Source: Rhizodiscina lignyota
Lineage: Eukaryota
DNA length: 64,000 bases
NCBI GenBank assembly: GCA_010015805.1
Contig: ML978135.1
Coordinates: 310,001 to 374,000 of the forward strand
Reading direction: 5' to 3'
Shown: piece by piece, positions 1 to 9,877 of the stretch
Numbering within the stretch: the first letter of the stretch is position 1
Layout of the letters: each line of letters opens with the position of its first letter
Program-made: the position numbers and the translations under genes
Notes under the pieces: model-generated
The model's input: the letters and a program-made list of their open reading frames with translations, nothing else
What the model was told of the DNA's origin: nothing
The model's database searches: none

Positions 1-347
1 GAATGCCAACGGCATAGACAGCCACAGTACTCTCAAGCGTACTATCATATCTGGACACACCTTCGTATCTTGGACATACATATGAAGTTCTCGATGTCTA
101 GTTGAGCAATGGTTCTTTTCCGTCAGGGTCTGATGGTTGCTCAACCATATTCCCGCAGGCCCAAAGACTTTGTTCTGCTAATCTATCGCAGAACGCTGGA
201 GTTCGTTTTTATAATCTGCAAAGTTTTCCATGCTCTGCACATGCACATCACTCAAGCATGTATACGGTTATACTCGGAGGGAGAACTTGCATAATTCTAG
301 GTCTTGAGGAAATGTGCAAGGGAATAGTGCTAGTCTACCACAGGGAA

Positions 348-3300
348 TCAACTCATAGGGACGAAAATATTGCCATCTACATCGTAAGCAGCATCTTCAG
401 GAACCACAACCTGCCCTACCAAGTCGTCATTGTCCATGCTCAAGGCCCCGCGCATCGACTCGACCATTTGATGGTACTGCACCACTACTTCCCTCACAGT
501 GCCATTCTGCGACACCACACAGTGACGGATACCCGCGGTATCACCGCCGTCCATCTGCCAAGCTACCGCGTGACCAGTAGCTCCGAAAGCCCAAATGACA
601 GGTCCGACATCACGTGACTGATTGATAGCGAGATCCACGATGCCGTCGTCCAGCTCGTCGATGATGGTACCGCGAATGTATAGAGGCCAGAGTGAATTTG
701 AATCCGAGTCAGACTGTGACGGCGTAGGTGAGTCGTCCGGAGCCTCGGGATTGTCAGAGTGATACGGCCACCATCTCTGCCAGGCATTGGGACCGCTGTC
801 TTCACCAGCCGGCCAGAATGGCATGCTATCCACACCGACGACGTCACCATCAACGCTTTGTTCCGTCCGAGAAAAGCGGAAAGTATCGGCAGGAACGCAG
901 TAGAGTACGACGGCACCACCATAGGCAGCCACAATTCTTGGTCCATACCTCAGATTGCAGGTGGCGCAGTATAGACGTGGAACTTTTTCAACACCTGGCG
1001 GCGACGGGAAAATGATCTTGCGGAGGAGTTTCGTCCGCCCGCCCAACGGTGCGTCGGTACCGAGACACAGAAAGCCGGTAATTGGATCCGTGAACAGGAC
1101 GTGGAAGCCGTCGGAGAGAGGCACAGCGCGGTAGTGGTCATAATGTGAGACGGTGACTGCAGCGACTGGCTGCCGGGTGGAGTCGAAGCCAAAACCACCC
1201 CAAAGTGTACTCAACCATGCTTGACTGGTGCTGTAACTTCTCCTCAAGATCGGGTGGGCGGCACTTGAGATCAACCGCAGCTTCTTCGTAGAATCCACTC
1301 CAACACGCGGTGGCAGAAAGTATAAGTAGTCCGACGGCTCAGTAAGTGGAAACCAGCGATTAAGCGACTGCCCTGATAGGGCATCTACCCAGTGCAGCTC
1401 AATGCCAGCGGAGCACCCAAAGGCCACGCAGCGACGTTGAGGGCAAATTGCAACACTGCGCGGCGGGTCGTCTTCGGAACACAGATGGCGATAGATGCTA
1501 CGATTGCCAAGTTCGAGAGGAACGGTCGAGGAAGCTTCCGACGAAGTCGGATCGAACTTTCGGAACTGAGGCTGCTCGGTAGGAAGAGGAATCCTTCCAG
1601 AATTGAACCGCATGTTCCACTCCGTGTTGATCCAGTTCTGCTCGTACATCTGCACGTCGCTCGCATCGTCTAGCTGGTGTTGTCTAGTCCCGTTCCTCGC
1701 GGCAACGGAGTCGAAGGCAGGTGGTGTAACTGTCTCGAGCAACACGGACGGCTTATCGTCGTACTGATCCCTTCCTACTTGCATGTCGCAGACTATTCCC
1801 ATCCGTCCGTCCAGCAGAGCAGCCACAGCAAATCTGCAGGAGGATGCATCCATGCCCATCGCCAGTACCCGTCTAGGGCACACGATAGTTGTCAACGGCC
1901 TGATGCTGTTTCCTTCCAATGCGTAAACGTAAATGATGCCGGCTTCGGCGACCATCAAGAACTCGCCGCAGACACTGACTGTAAACACAAGTCCGGAGGA
2001 TTGTTGAGCGCCCGGGCACGTTCGACGTGGTGCTGCATAACCATTCGCAAGGTCTTCAAAGTCGATACTTCCAGTTTGAACCAGTGCCATCGGCTTTGAG
2101 TTTGGCCGACTTTTGGAGATTCCGTTGCCGGTCCAATTCACACTTAGAGCACACTCGCGGGAGATGGAACAGCTGAGATTGAATCTCGAAACATTGTTCG
2201 TTTGTACAATAAGCTCTTCTCTCGTTGCATCGGCTGGCAAGTATGGGCTAACTCCGCTCATCCAGCCGCCCCGTTGGTGCATTGTGATGAGAAGGCCTCG
2301 GTCAAGACTTGCTCTCATCCACGTACGGCAAGTGTGTCGTGCGCTGTTAAAGTTCCAAGGTGACAGATACGCATAGATCTGTACCAAAATCTCATTCGGA
2401 AGTGAATGAACCACAGACTGTGGAGGAGGTGCTAGCCCTTTTAAGGCCCTGTACCATGATTGTGAAGCAGCCTTAAGTGCGAAGAAGGTTGGGCGATTTA
2501 AACAGCCGATGAGAGCTGAGATCACTTCATGCGGAAGCCTAGATGGATCGCTTGATGATGACTCATCACACGGTACTCGAGGGCTGCTATGGTGAATGAC
2601 CGAGGCTGCATCGTCATTGGTATCTCCATTATCATGACTCAACAAGACCGCCGACATGCTCTGAAGTACGATTGACTCTTGGCACGGCTCGAGCACGAAG
2701 TCGTCCAAGGCATCTTCGGCGACAGAAGATATGAAAGAGGAATTTGTGCCTCTTCGAGAGAATGAGAGACTGCAGCGCCTTTCGCCGGCTGAACCTCCTA
2801 AGGAGACTTGACTTGCGATGAGGGACGTCGACTGCCTTGATGAACTTCCATTCTCGGATGGCCTCAACTCCGGACTGCTAAACAAGAAAGCTCTTGGGGC
2901 GACAACATCAACGCTTTGCATGGAGCTCTGCCGCAGTCGCTCCAGATCTCCATCGCTAACAATGCGTACGCTGGAACTGGGGCGGAAGATGTCATGTAAG
3001 GTAGTTCGTCGAGAAGGTGGCCCCGAGACAGCTGGAGAGGTCGGAACTGAAGCATTAGGTGTACCTGACTTTGAGTTGTAGAATAACGAAGTCAGAATCC
3101 GGTGAACAGAAACGCGATGTTTGCCATGTCCGTGTGCAGCAGAGTGGCGCCTGCCACTAATTCTTTCGTAGAACCGAACAGTGCGTTGGGGTCCGTGGGG
3201 AGATCGTTCTACACTACTACTGCGCCCTGGGCTACCAGTCTGCGCCTCGGTATTGCTACTGCTTGCGGGAGATACAGGGTTGGAAGCGTCTGCGTAGTCT

Positions 3301-3431
3301 TTGACGGTCACTCCACTGGGACTATTTGAGTTCTCGGTGGCTGCGTCCATGAGCTGAGGCTCCGAAGCCGCTCGCTGCACAACCGACCGTTCCTGCATCT
3401 TGAAAGCGACCTGGGGAATCGCCGGCGACAT
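348..3431 (-). CDS. F-box domain protein (1027 aa) with a Ser-rich disordered N-terminus, tandem F-box-like motifs and a beta-rich C-terminal region
   Basis: Long uninterrupted ORF with F-box motif 'SLPNEILVQIYAYLSPWNFNSARHTCRTW', preceded by a second degenerate motif 'RLPHEVISALIGCLNRPTFFALKAASQSW'. Confidence 0.85.
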   Translation of the reverse strand: MSPAIPQVAFKMQERSVVQRAASEPQLMDAATENSNSPSGVTVKDYADASNPVSPASSSNTEAQTGSPGRSSSVERSPHGPQRTVRFYERISGRRHSAAHGHGKHRVSVHRILTSLFYNSKSGTPNASVPTSPAVSGPPSRRTTLHDIFRPSSSVRIVSDGDLERLRQSSMQSVDVVAPRAFLFSSPELRPSENGSSSRQSTSLIASQVSLGGSAGERRCSLSFSRRGTNSSFISSVAEDALDDFVLEPCQESIVLQSMSAVLLSHDNGDTNDDAASVIHHSSPRVPCDESSSSDPSRLPHEVISALIGCLNRPTFFALKAASQSWYRALKGLAPPPQSVVHSLPNEILVQIYAYLSPWNFNSARHTCRTWMRASLDRGLLITMHQRGGWMSGVSPYLPADATREELIVQTNNVSRFNLSCSISRECALSVNWTGNGISKSRPNSKPMALVQTGSIDFEDLANGYAAPRRTCPGAQQSSGLVFTVSVCGEFLMVAEAGIIYVYALEGNSIRPLTTIVCPRRVLAMGMDASSCRFAVAALLDGRMGIVCDMQVGRDQYDDKPSVLLETVTPPAFDSVAARNGTRQHQLDDASDVQMYEQNWINTEWNMRFNSGRIPLPTEQPQFRKFDPTSSEASSTVPLELGNRSIYRHLCSEDDPPRSVAICPQRRCVAFGCSAGIELHWVDALSGQSLNRWFPLTEPSDYLYFLPPRVGVDSTKKLRLISSAAHPILRRSYSTSQAWLSTLWGGFGFDSTRQPVAAVTVSHYDHYRAVPLSDGFHVLFTDPITGFLCLGTDAPLGGRTKLLRKIIFPSPPGVEKVPRLYCATCNLRYGPRIVAAYGGAVVLYCVPADTFRFSRTEQSVDGDVVGVDSMPFWPAGEDSGPNAWQRWWPYHSDNPEAPDDSPTPSQSDSDSNSLWPLYIRGTIIDELDDGIVDLAINQSRDVGPVIWAFGATGHAVAWQMDGGDTAGIRHCVVSQNGTVREVVVQYHQMVESMRGALSMDNDDLVGQVVVPEDAAYDVDGNIFVPMS

Positions 3432-4051
3432 GATCGGAGAGGCGGGGGCAGAGTATGAACCAGCGACTCCCCTTGAGAGAAGTATCTGGGATGTCGTCTT
3501 CGGAGCTTTTGGGCAGTACGTGGGAAGCGTCTGGTGTTAATATTGAAGTTAGTACATTGCTATTCTTCCACCATCCCCGAATTGAGCACCGAGCCCGATG
3601 ATTGGAGAACCAGGATATTCTTCCGTTGCCAGCACACTGTACATGGAGGCTTACATACTTTCTCCTGCAGTTCTCTCCCAGTATGCGCGAGCTGTAGGCG
3701 AAATATCGGTGTGATTCCACTGCGATGCTCTCAAAAAGATGGGCAATCTGGATCTGAGCGACTTAGGGAATATATCGTAGGTTCAACAGGGTAATTCGGA
3801 TAACGAAGGAGGCGGTGATAGAAAATAGCCCTGACCGCCTGAAAACGATCTGGTAGCAAATGTTGACGAGAAGGACAGGCGAGGCAAACAAGACGATTAA
3901 GTAGCCATAGCACAAACAACGCCCTTTCCCTTCCTGCACACCGAGTGCGAATTCTTCAAACAGACAGCTCGTGATTGCTAAATCGGGGTATCAAGAACGC
4001 AATGCACTATTACAATTTGTACAATGAAAGGGAGGAGCAAGGAAGCGCTAC

Positions 4052-6772
4052 TCAGTTCTCTGCCTCACCGTCCAGAGATACTCTGGATGCAATGAAACCC
4101 GAGTTCTCGGCACTTCTCGCTCCTTTATCCAGAATCCAAACATCTTCAAGCGGAGCAATCATACTGGGGTTTATGAATCGCATCCCAGATTCCCTGGACT
4201 CATCTATAGTGAGCCGTCGATGCGTCTCCGACTCATATCTCAAGGCAGCTCCTGGATCATCATGTTCAGCTCGCCGAATGCTTCGCAATGCAATAAAATC
4301 CATGAGTGGCTTGTAACTGCGGCCATACACCTGACTGAACCAAATCGTTAGGACGAGTAGCGGAAAGACCACAATAGATCTCCTAACCGCGCCTCGTAGG
4401 GCTAGCTGACCTGCCATTGTGAGCTGGAAGACCACAAGGCCAACAATGATTCGATCGCAAATCTGGACCCAGCTCTTGCCAGTGGAGTGTTGCCTGTGAT
4501 CCATGGCATAGAGCAACTGATATTTGTAACAAAAGTAGCCCATCACGTAGTAGGCCAATCCAGAAAGTAGAATTTGCCAAGAGGACCGCAGCACGCTGTA
4601 CACGATACAGATCATAAAAATGAGGATGGCGGAGGGAAGGTAGAGCCCGTAACTGAAGACGGGAGGCTGAACGAGCTCGGCGTAATCTGCACCTTAAACA
4701 TTAGCGTCGCTGCAATATGTGAAAAAAAGGGAAGAAATTTTACCTCTCGGAGTCTTCGCGCCCATCAAACCAATTGGATACAGGGCGACGGATCCAAATT
4801 CCAGAAGCCGGAACGGAAAGAGGCCTACACCTTGCAGGATAATATAGTTTACGTAGAATTTCCGCAGGTTGGTAAGCGACCTCGCAAGTCCCATCGTCGT
4901 GTCGCGTATGGAGCCCTCACCAAACTTCTCCCAACTCGACAACGCGGCCGTACCCAAAGCTGTGAAGACCACGAAGAAGTTGACAAAGGTGAAAAAGAAA
5001 TTTTTGGATATGACAGAGAGCTCAACGTCTCCCTGGGAAACCATGCCCTGGAGGTTTGACAGCCCTGAACTATTAGCAAAAACCGCTAGGTAGCAAAGAT
5101 CTGACTTACATTCATATAGATATGGACCAAGTACGTTGAACAGCGTTATTAACAGTGTTGTTAGTTGGGTCTGCAACAGCGACAAGGCAATTTTCTGAGA
5201 CTCAAGGAGATCTGCAAGTTGCGGCCAGACTTTGGCAATTTTGTGCACGTCCAACGCTGTGGCAATTGGCACCAGAATGACGGACCAGAAGACCGTGAGT
5301 ATAGCAATCAGGATGGTGATTGACCACGACTGTGCCATTCTCTGATACCGCGAAATATAAGTGTTTGGCCAAATAACGTCCGCAGGCGCAGGACTTGGTT
5401 TAGCTTGCAGCTCCAGCGGTGAGGGGTCCAAGACAGCCTGAATCGCCATCTGGCATGAGGCTATGCTGTCCATAGTAACAAATGCAAGTGGAGTGGCTGC
5501 GAAATCCTTATTTCGCAGTTGCTTTATCTGCTCATCGACTCTGCGAAGTTTCTCTTCGTAATAATCGATGGCGTCGACGAGGTGGTAGCGCAGCTTGAAT
5601 CTCCCATACCAAATGCGGATAGTGGGTCTAGTTCTCGCGTACGGAGTGACATGGCTTGGGTCTGTACTCCCGTTACCCAGAAGGCGGCTCCTTTCATCGT
5701 CCTCTTCCTCAGCGATAGGAGGTCCTGGGGGCGGAGGTTGGGTAATGGGTAAGGACTCGAGGTTCCTCTCAACACGTCGGTGGCCCAAATATACTGTCCA
5801 AGCCTCTTCTAACCTGCGCAGAATTGTACTTCGCTTGACCATCGCATTGTCTAGTTCTTTCCAATTCCTGCATAGCATAACGCTCTCCACTTTACCAATC
5901 TCGAGCTCTTCCACAAATGTCTTGATCTTCTCCTCAGAGCGAAGTTCTGGTGGTATCCCGGAAAGGCGAATGGTGCGGTCTGTAATTGTTGTCTGACTTC
6001 CGAGGTATTCTTGTCGTACTTCTATAACCTTCCGAGTCTCGGAGACGATGAGATATAAAAGGAAGCCGGTGAAGAGATAGGTGAAGACGAGGTACATCCA
6101 GAGGTAGTCAGTCTGGTAGTGACTCTTCTTCTTGAGGACCGTGAACAAGTCGTCGCGCTTCGTCAAATTGGCCATGCCGAACCTCTCCGGATCATAAAAT
6201 CCACCACTGTGCTTTGTCTTATTCTTATCTCCCTTCCCATCATCGCCATCATCGAAGTTGTCGTGAACTGGTTTGATAATTGTCAAGGCAAAGAAGAGTG
6301 CGACGAGGAGGAATTTGATAGCCAGCTTGAAGAAGCGGAGAAACTAATATAAGTAAGTATATTTGGAGTTTTAAAGGTAATTTAAGGGTAACTCGAAGTT
6401 CCCACCAGCTATACACATACCACATATGCATCCAGTCCTGCAGAGGCGAGGACTTGCTGCTCCGTGATGCGCCAGAGTGTGGGCATCCAACCAAATAGAC
6501 TGCTGGGCAGATCCGGCAGCGATGACGCTTCGTCCTTCTGCTGCTTGCGTGCAGCATAAAGGCCTGTCCATCTTGGTCGCAATATCTAACACCCGCTTAT
6601 TAGACCTCCAAAACAGTGATAAAGGAAGTTTGAAGTTACAACTTACACAGAACGCGAAGAAAGCTCCAATGCCGAGCACCAACGAAAAAACTATCTGGAT
6701 TTGCGTATCGCGCGTGCTTCCGACTCCAAGATAATCTTCATAGCTGTCGCGAATTCGTACATCGGTTTCCAT
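4052..6772 (-). CDS. CSC1: CSC1/OSCA/TMEM63-family (DUF221) calcium-permeable stress-gated cation channel, 5 exons
   Basis: Exons approx. 6772-6647, 6585-6421, 6343-5110, 5064-4744, 4686-4052, joined by GT-AG introns. Family motifs: 'FCILRPRWTGLYAARK', 'LDAYVFLRFFK', 'RQEYLGSQTTITDRTIRLSGIP', 'VDAIDYY', 'AFVTM', 'PAPADVIWPN', 'YQLLYAMDHRQHSTG'. Many TM segments. Confidence 0.92.
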
Positions 6773-7010
6773 AACGAGTGATGTGCGACGCGTGCATAGC
6801 GAATGTGTAACTGTAGCTCCTCCAAAGCTTTTGCGATCGTCACGAGTCGCGTATGACGCACGGAGGTCATATAAGGCTTAGCGTGCTACGGGGAGTTCCG
6901 TAATGGTGCTAGTCCCTAATAGTAACGCACCAGCCAATTCGGGCTTCACAGCATTATCCGTCCAAATTACCCATCCAATCAATCATCGCTGCTGGACGAA
7001 AATAACAGCC
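6773..7010. promoter_or_regulatory. Compact bidirectional promoter between CSC1 and PCH2 with an MCB-type box
   Basis: 238 bp separate the divergent ATGs. Perfect ACGCGT at 6788-6793, a further CGCGT near 6848 and TATAA near 6870. Confidence 0.45.
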
Positions 7011-8610
7011 ATGGTCCAACTCCACATGACAGAGAGGCCGACAGGTGCTCTCTACGTGGAAGTGCGTTTGAAGGATAGCACAGGTACATTTGCGAGGACG
7101 GATTTGGTATGACAGACACGTATCGTACAGTTTCGGCATTCCAACTAACCTGCTTTCAAAGGTGTGCGATGAGGTCGCTGAATGGATTGCGAACTACTTC
7201 GTCACTCTTACTATGAACCAAGAACTCACAGGATATGGTATGCGTTTGGGAGTTTGCATTCCGCTATTGTGCTCATGGTTACTTAAGAAAATCTCTCTAA
7301 CGCGTCGCACATTGCCTCAATTCACGTTGACGAGTACTCTGGACCTTATCGCGAGGATTTCACCCACGCAGTGAAGAGCGTTCAGCTCAACTTGAATGTC
7401 TACTCAGTTTTCTGTGACGAAGGTCGCCGCAACGGCAAACCAGTGACTATGGACGAGGTCGACCCTGAACAGGAGACGTGGGCTTATCACTCGATGAAGC
7501 TTCCAAACGCCAGTCTGGTCGCCAAATGGCACTGCGTAATTTTTGGCGAGGATGATAAGCTGAAGACAGAACTCTTGTGCGAAGTCTGTGGGTTGAGTGA
7601 GCACTGCCAGTATTCGATAAGCGTGATGTTCAGCTGATTTCTGCAGTTCACTGGAGGCAAGTCTTCACAACAATGCCCGACATGCTCAATCACAATGGCG
7701 TGGTCCTTCTCCATGGTCCACCAGGCAGCGGCAAAACAACTCTCTGCAAGGCGTTAGCTCAGAAAGTCACAATTAGACAGAGCAAGAGCTTTACTGGCGG
7801 AAGACTTGTTGAGGTGAACTGTCAAGAGTTGTTGAGCAGATGGTTTGGGGAGAGCGCCAAACGTTTAAGCAAGCTCTTCGATGACATCGCGACTATGGCA
7901 GAAGAAGATGACGGAGAAAATCTGGTTTGCGTCCTGTTCGATGAGGTCGAGACACTCGCGCGTGCTCGCGAACTCACCGGTGACACTCCAGACGCAATGA
8001 GAGTGAGTCTTCGATGCTGCATATTTTGGTCATGGAGAACTAATCTGGGGAGGTTACAAACCAATTGTTGACGTGTCTCTCGAATATTAAAGAGAAACCC
8101 AATATTCTTGTACTCTGCACGAGTAACCTATTCGGCGTACTTGACAAGGCTTTTCTAGACCGTTGCGACGTGGTACAGGAAATACCAGGGCCAGGTCAAG
8201 GTGCCGCCTATGTCATATTCGCGCAGTGTTTAAACACTCTCTTGGACATAGGTCAGGTTGTCTTCCCTGACCTCTGCGACGTCCACTACGTCGAAAATTG
8301 CGGGTCCTGCAAGCGCCGCCTTCAGCCACGGTTTCCCAACCCATCGGAGGTACGAGTACGTTTCAGGGATCTGTTGAGCACGCCGCAAAACTATCTTTGG
8401 AGAATTGCGGAGGCCAGTGTGGTGAGTACCAACGTTGCACTGTTAAACTAGAATTAACGGTTCCGGTAGGGACTGAGTGGTCGAAATATGCGCCGCCTGC
8501 CCGTCCAGGCATTGACAAAGTACACATACATAACGCCTCGTACGGTACAAGAGGCTCTGAGCGCACTACACCGTCTCGTGACCGAAGAGAAGATCAAACC
8601 GACGTTATGA
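7011..8610 (+). CDS. PCH2: Pch2/TRIP13-like AAA+ ATPase (pachytene checkpoint), 6 exons
   Basis: N-terminal 'LYVEVRLK', Walker A 'LLHGPPGSGKTTLCKALAQK', pore loop 'SRWFGES', Walker B 'VLFDEVETL', then 'DAMR/VTNQLLT', 'LCTSNL', 'LDKAFLDRCD' and last exon 'GLSGRNMRRLP'. Five GT-AG introns restore a single frame ending at TGA 8608-8610. Confidence 0.9.
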
Positions 8611-8907
8611 AGCGTCGGCTTCATTCAACCTACAATTCGACATCTACAGCCTCTTTCTTGCCTCAGAATCGTGGTGTGGCGGCATTTCTCTAGACCAAGG
8701 AGACACTTCTTCACGTTTCAGGTCCATGCTACGTGAGATCCATTGAACTGGAAGAGAAGTTTGTTCAACCCTGAAGTTTACGTATGGCGGACATCTATTG
8801 GGCATGAGAAGCTTTTTAGCGTAGAGGGTCCATGATGTGCGAGCCACTATTGATAATGAGGATGTTACAGGAAGGCGAGAACTGCGATGTGCGCTGGGGA
8901 GATCCTC

Positions 8908-9389
8908 CTATTTGCCTTTTCCCTGGCCATAATTCTGCTTGCGACTCAGTATGGAAGATCATCTCACTTTATGTGATGGAAGACTCACTGATTCATGGAG
9001 CTTTTTTGCTACAGGGCCAGACTACTTCAAAATAAGCACGAGTGTTCTCGATAGATGTCATCCAACTCAGACTCACATCATCCAACTGACTTGCATAGTT
9101 TTCCTTGAAATACTTTGAATCCACACCTGCCAAACATTCAGTGTCATTGTGTCCGTGTTATTGAGGGCTAGCAATTCCCACCTCGAGAGCCAGCGGCTCC
9201 TTGTGTCATCTCAGGTCTGCCTCTTGGTGTTGCTTGGGCGGGTGTATGTGTATCTGACCCGCCACCTGCCGAGAACCGGTCTTCAATTTGCTTGGTTCCT
9301 GGTGTAGAGAAGATGTTGTTCGTAAAGAGGTACAAGCATGCTCCCACGCCTGCGGCGCCGAGCAGTAGGTTTCGAGGGTTGTTCGCCAT
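8908..9389 (-). CDS. Small (105 aa) fungal hypothetical protein with an N-terminal hydrophobic segment, 4 exons
   Basis: Exons 9389-9182, 9126-9077, 9021-8989, 8934-8908, with three 54-55 nt GT-AG introns that keep the frame: MANNPRNLLLGAAGVGACLYLF...STPGTKQIEDRFSAGGGSDTHTP...RGVDSKYFKENYASQLDDSGPVAKKLHESNYGQGKGK*. Confidence 0.8.
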
Positions 9390-9777
9390 GTCGATGGTCG
9401 GTAAGGCCGATCTGATTGTACGAGATGACTATTTGTAAGTGGTAGTGATCCAATTTCTTATTTGACAGTTGAAATGAAGCAACAGCGACTTGAGATGTGC
9501 GAAAGGGTCCAGACAGTCCCTTGCCCTCCGTCTTTGGCAATGGCATGTCTTCGACGTCATCAACTTACAGATGCTCATTGGTCGACATGCGACAATCCAC
9601 GGGAACTATAACAAAGCACCGAATGGCCATCCATGCTTAGAGGTTAGATAATTGTAATCAATGAGTTCTCTGCAGCATCCAGGATTTTGGGGCAAGATAG
9701 AGGACGGCGTTGTTTTCGATAGCTGAGGTGCGGCGCGGCGAACCAAGAGCCGGGATGATCGCAGATGTACGCTAAAC

Positions 9778-9800
9778 CCCAAATAGGCTCAATGTAAACA
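9778..9800 (+). promoter_or_regulatory. Putative Mcm1 (MADS) plus forkhead composite element upstream of the condensin gene
   Basis: CC-CAAATA-GG at 9778-9787, a 6-nt spacer, then GTAAACA at 9794-9800, 77 bp before the BRN1 ATG. Confidence 0.45.
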
Positions 9801-9877
9801 TCTCCAGATTTACATCACAACTCCGCAACTTCTCCTCTCCGTAGCATCTTCGCACACACGGAAGCATACCATTGAAT

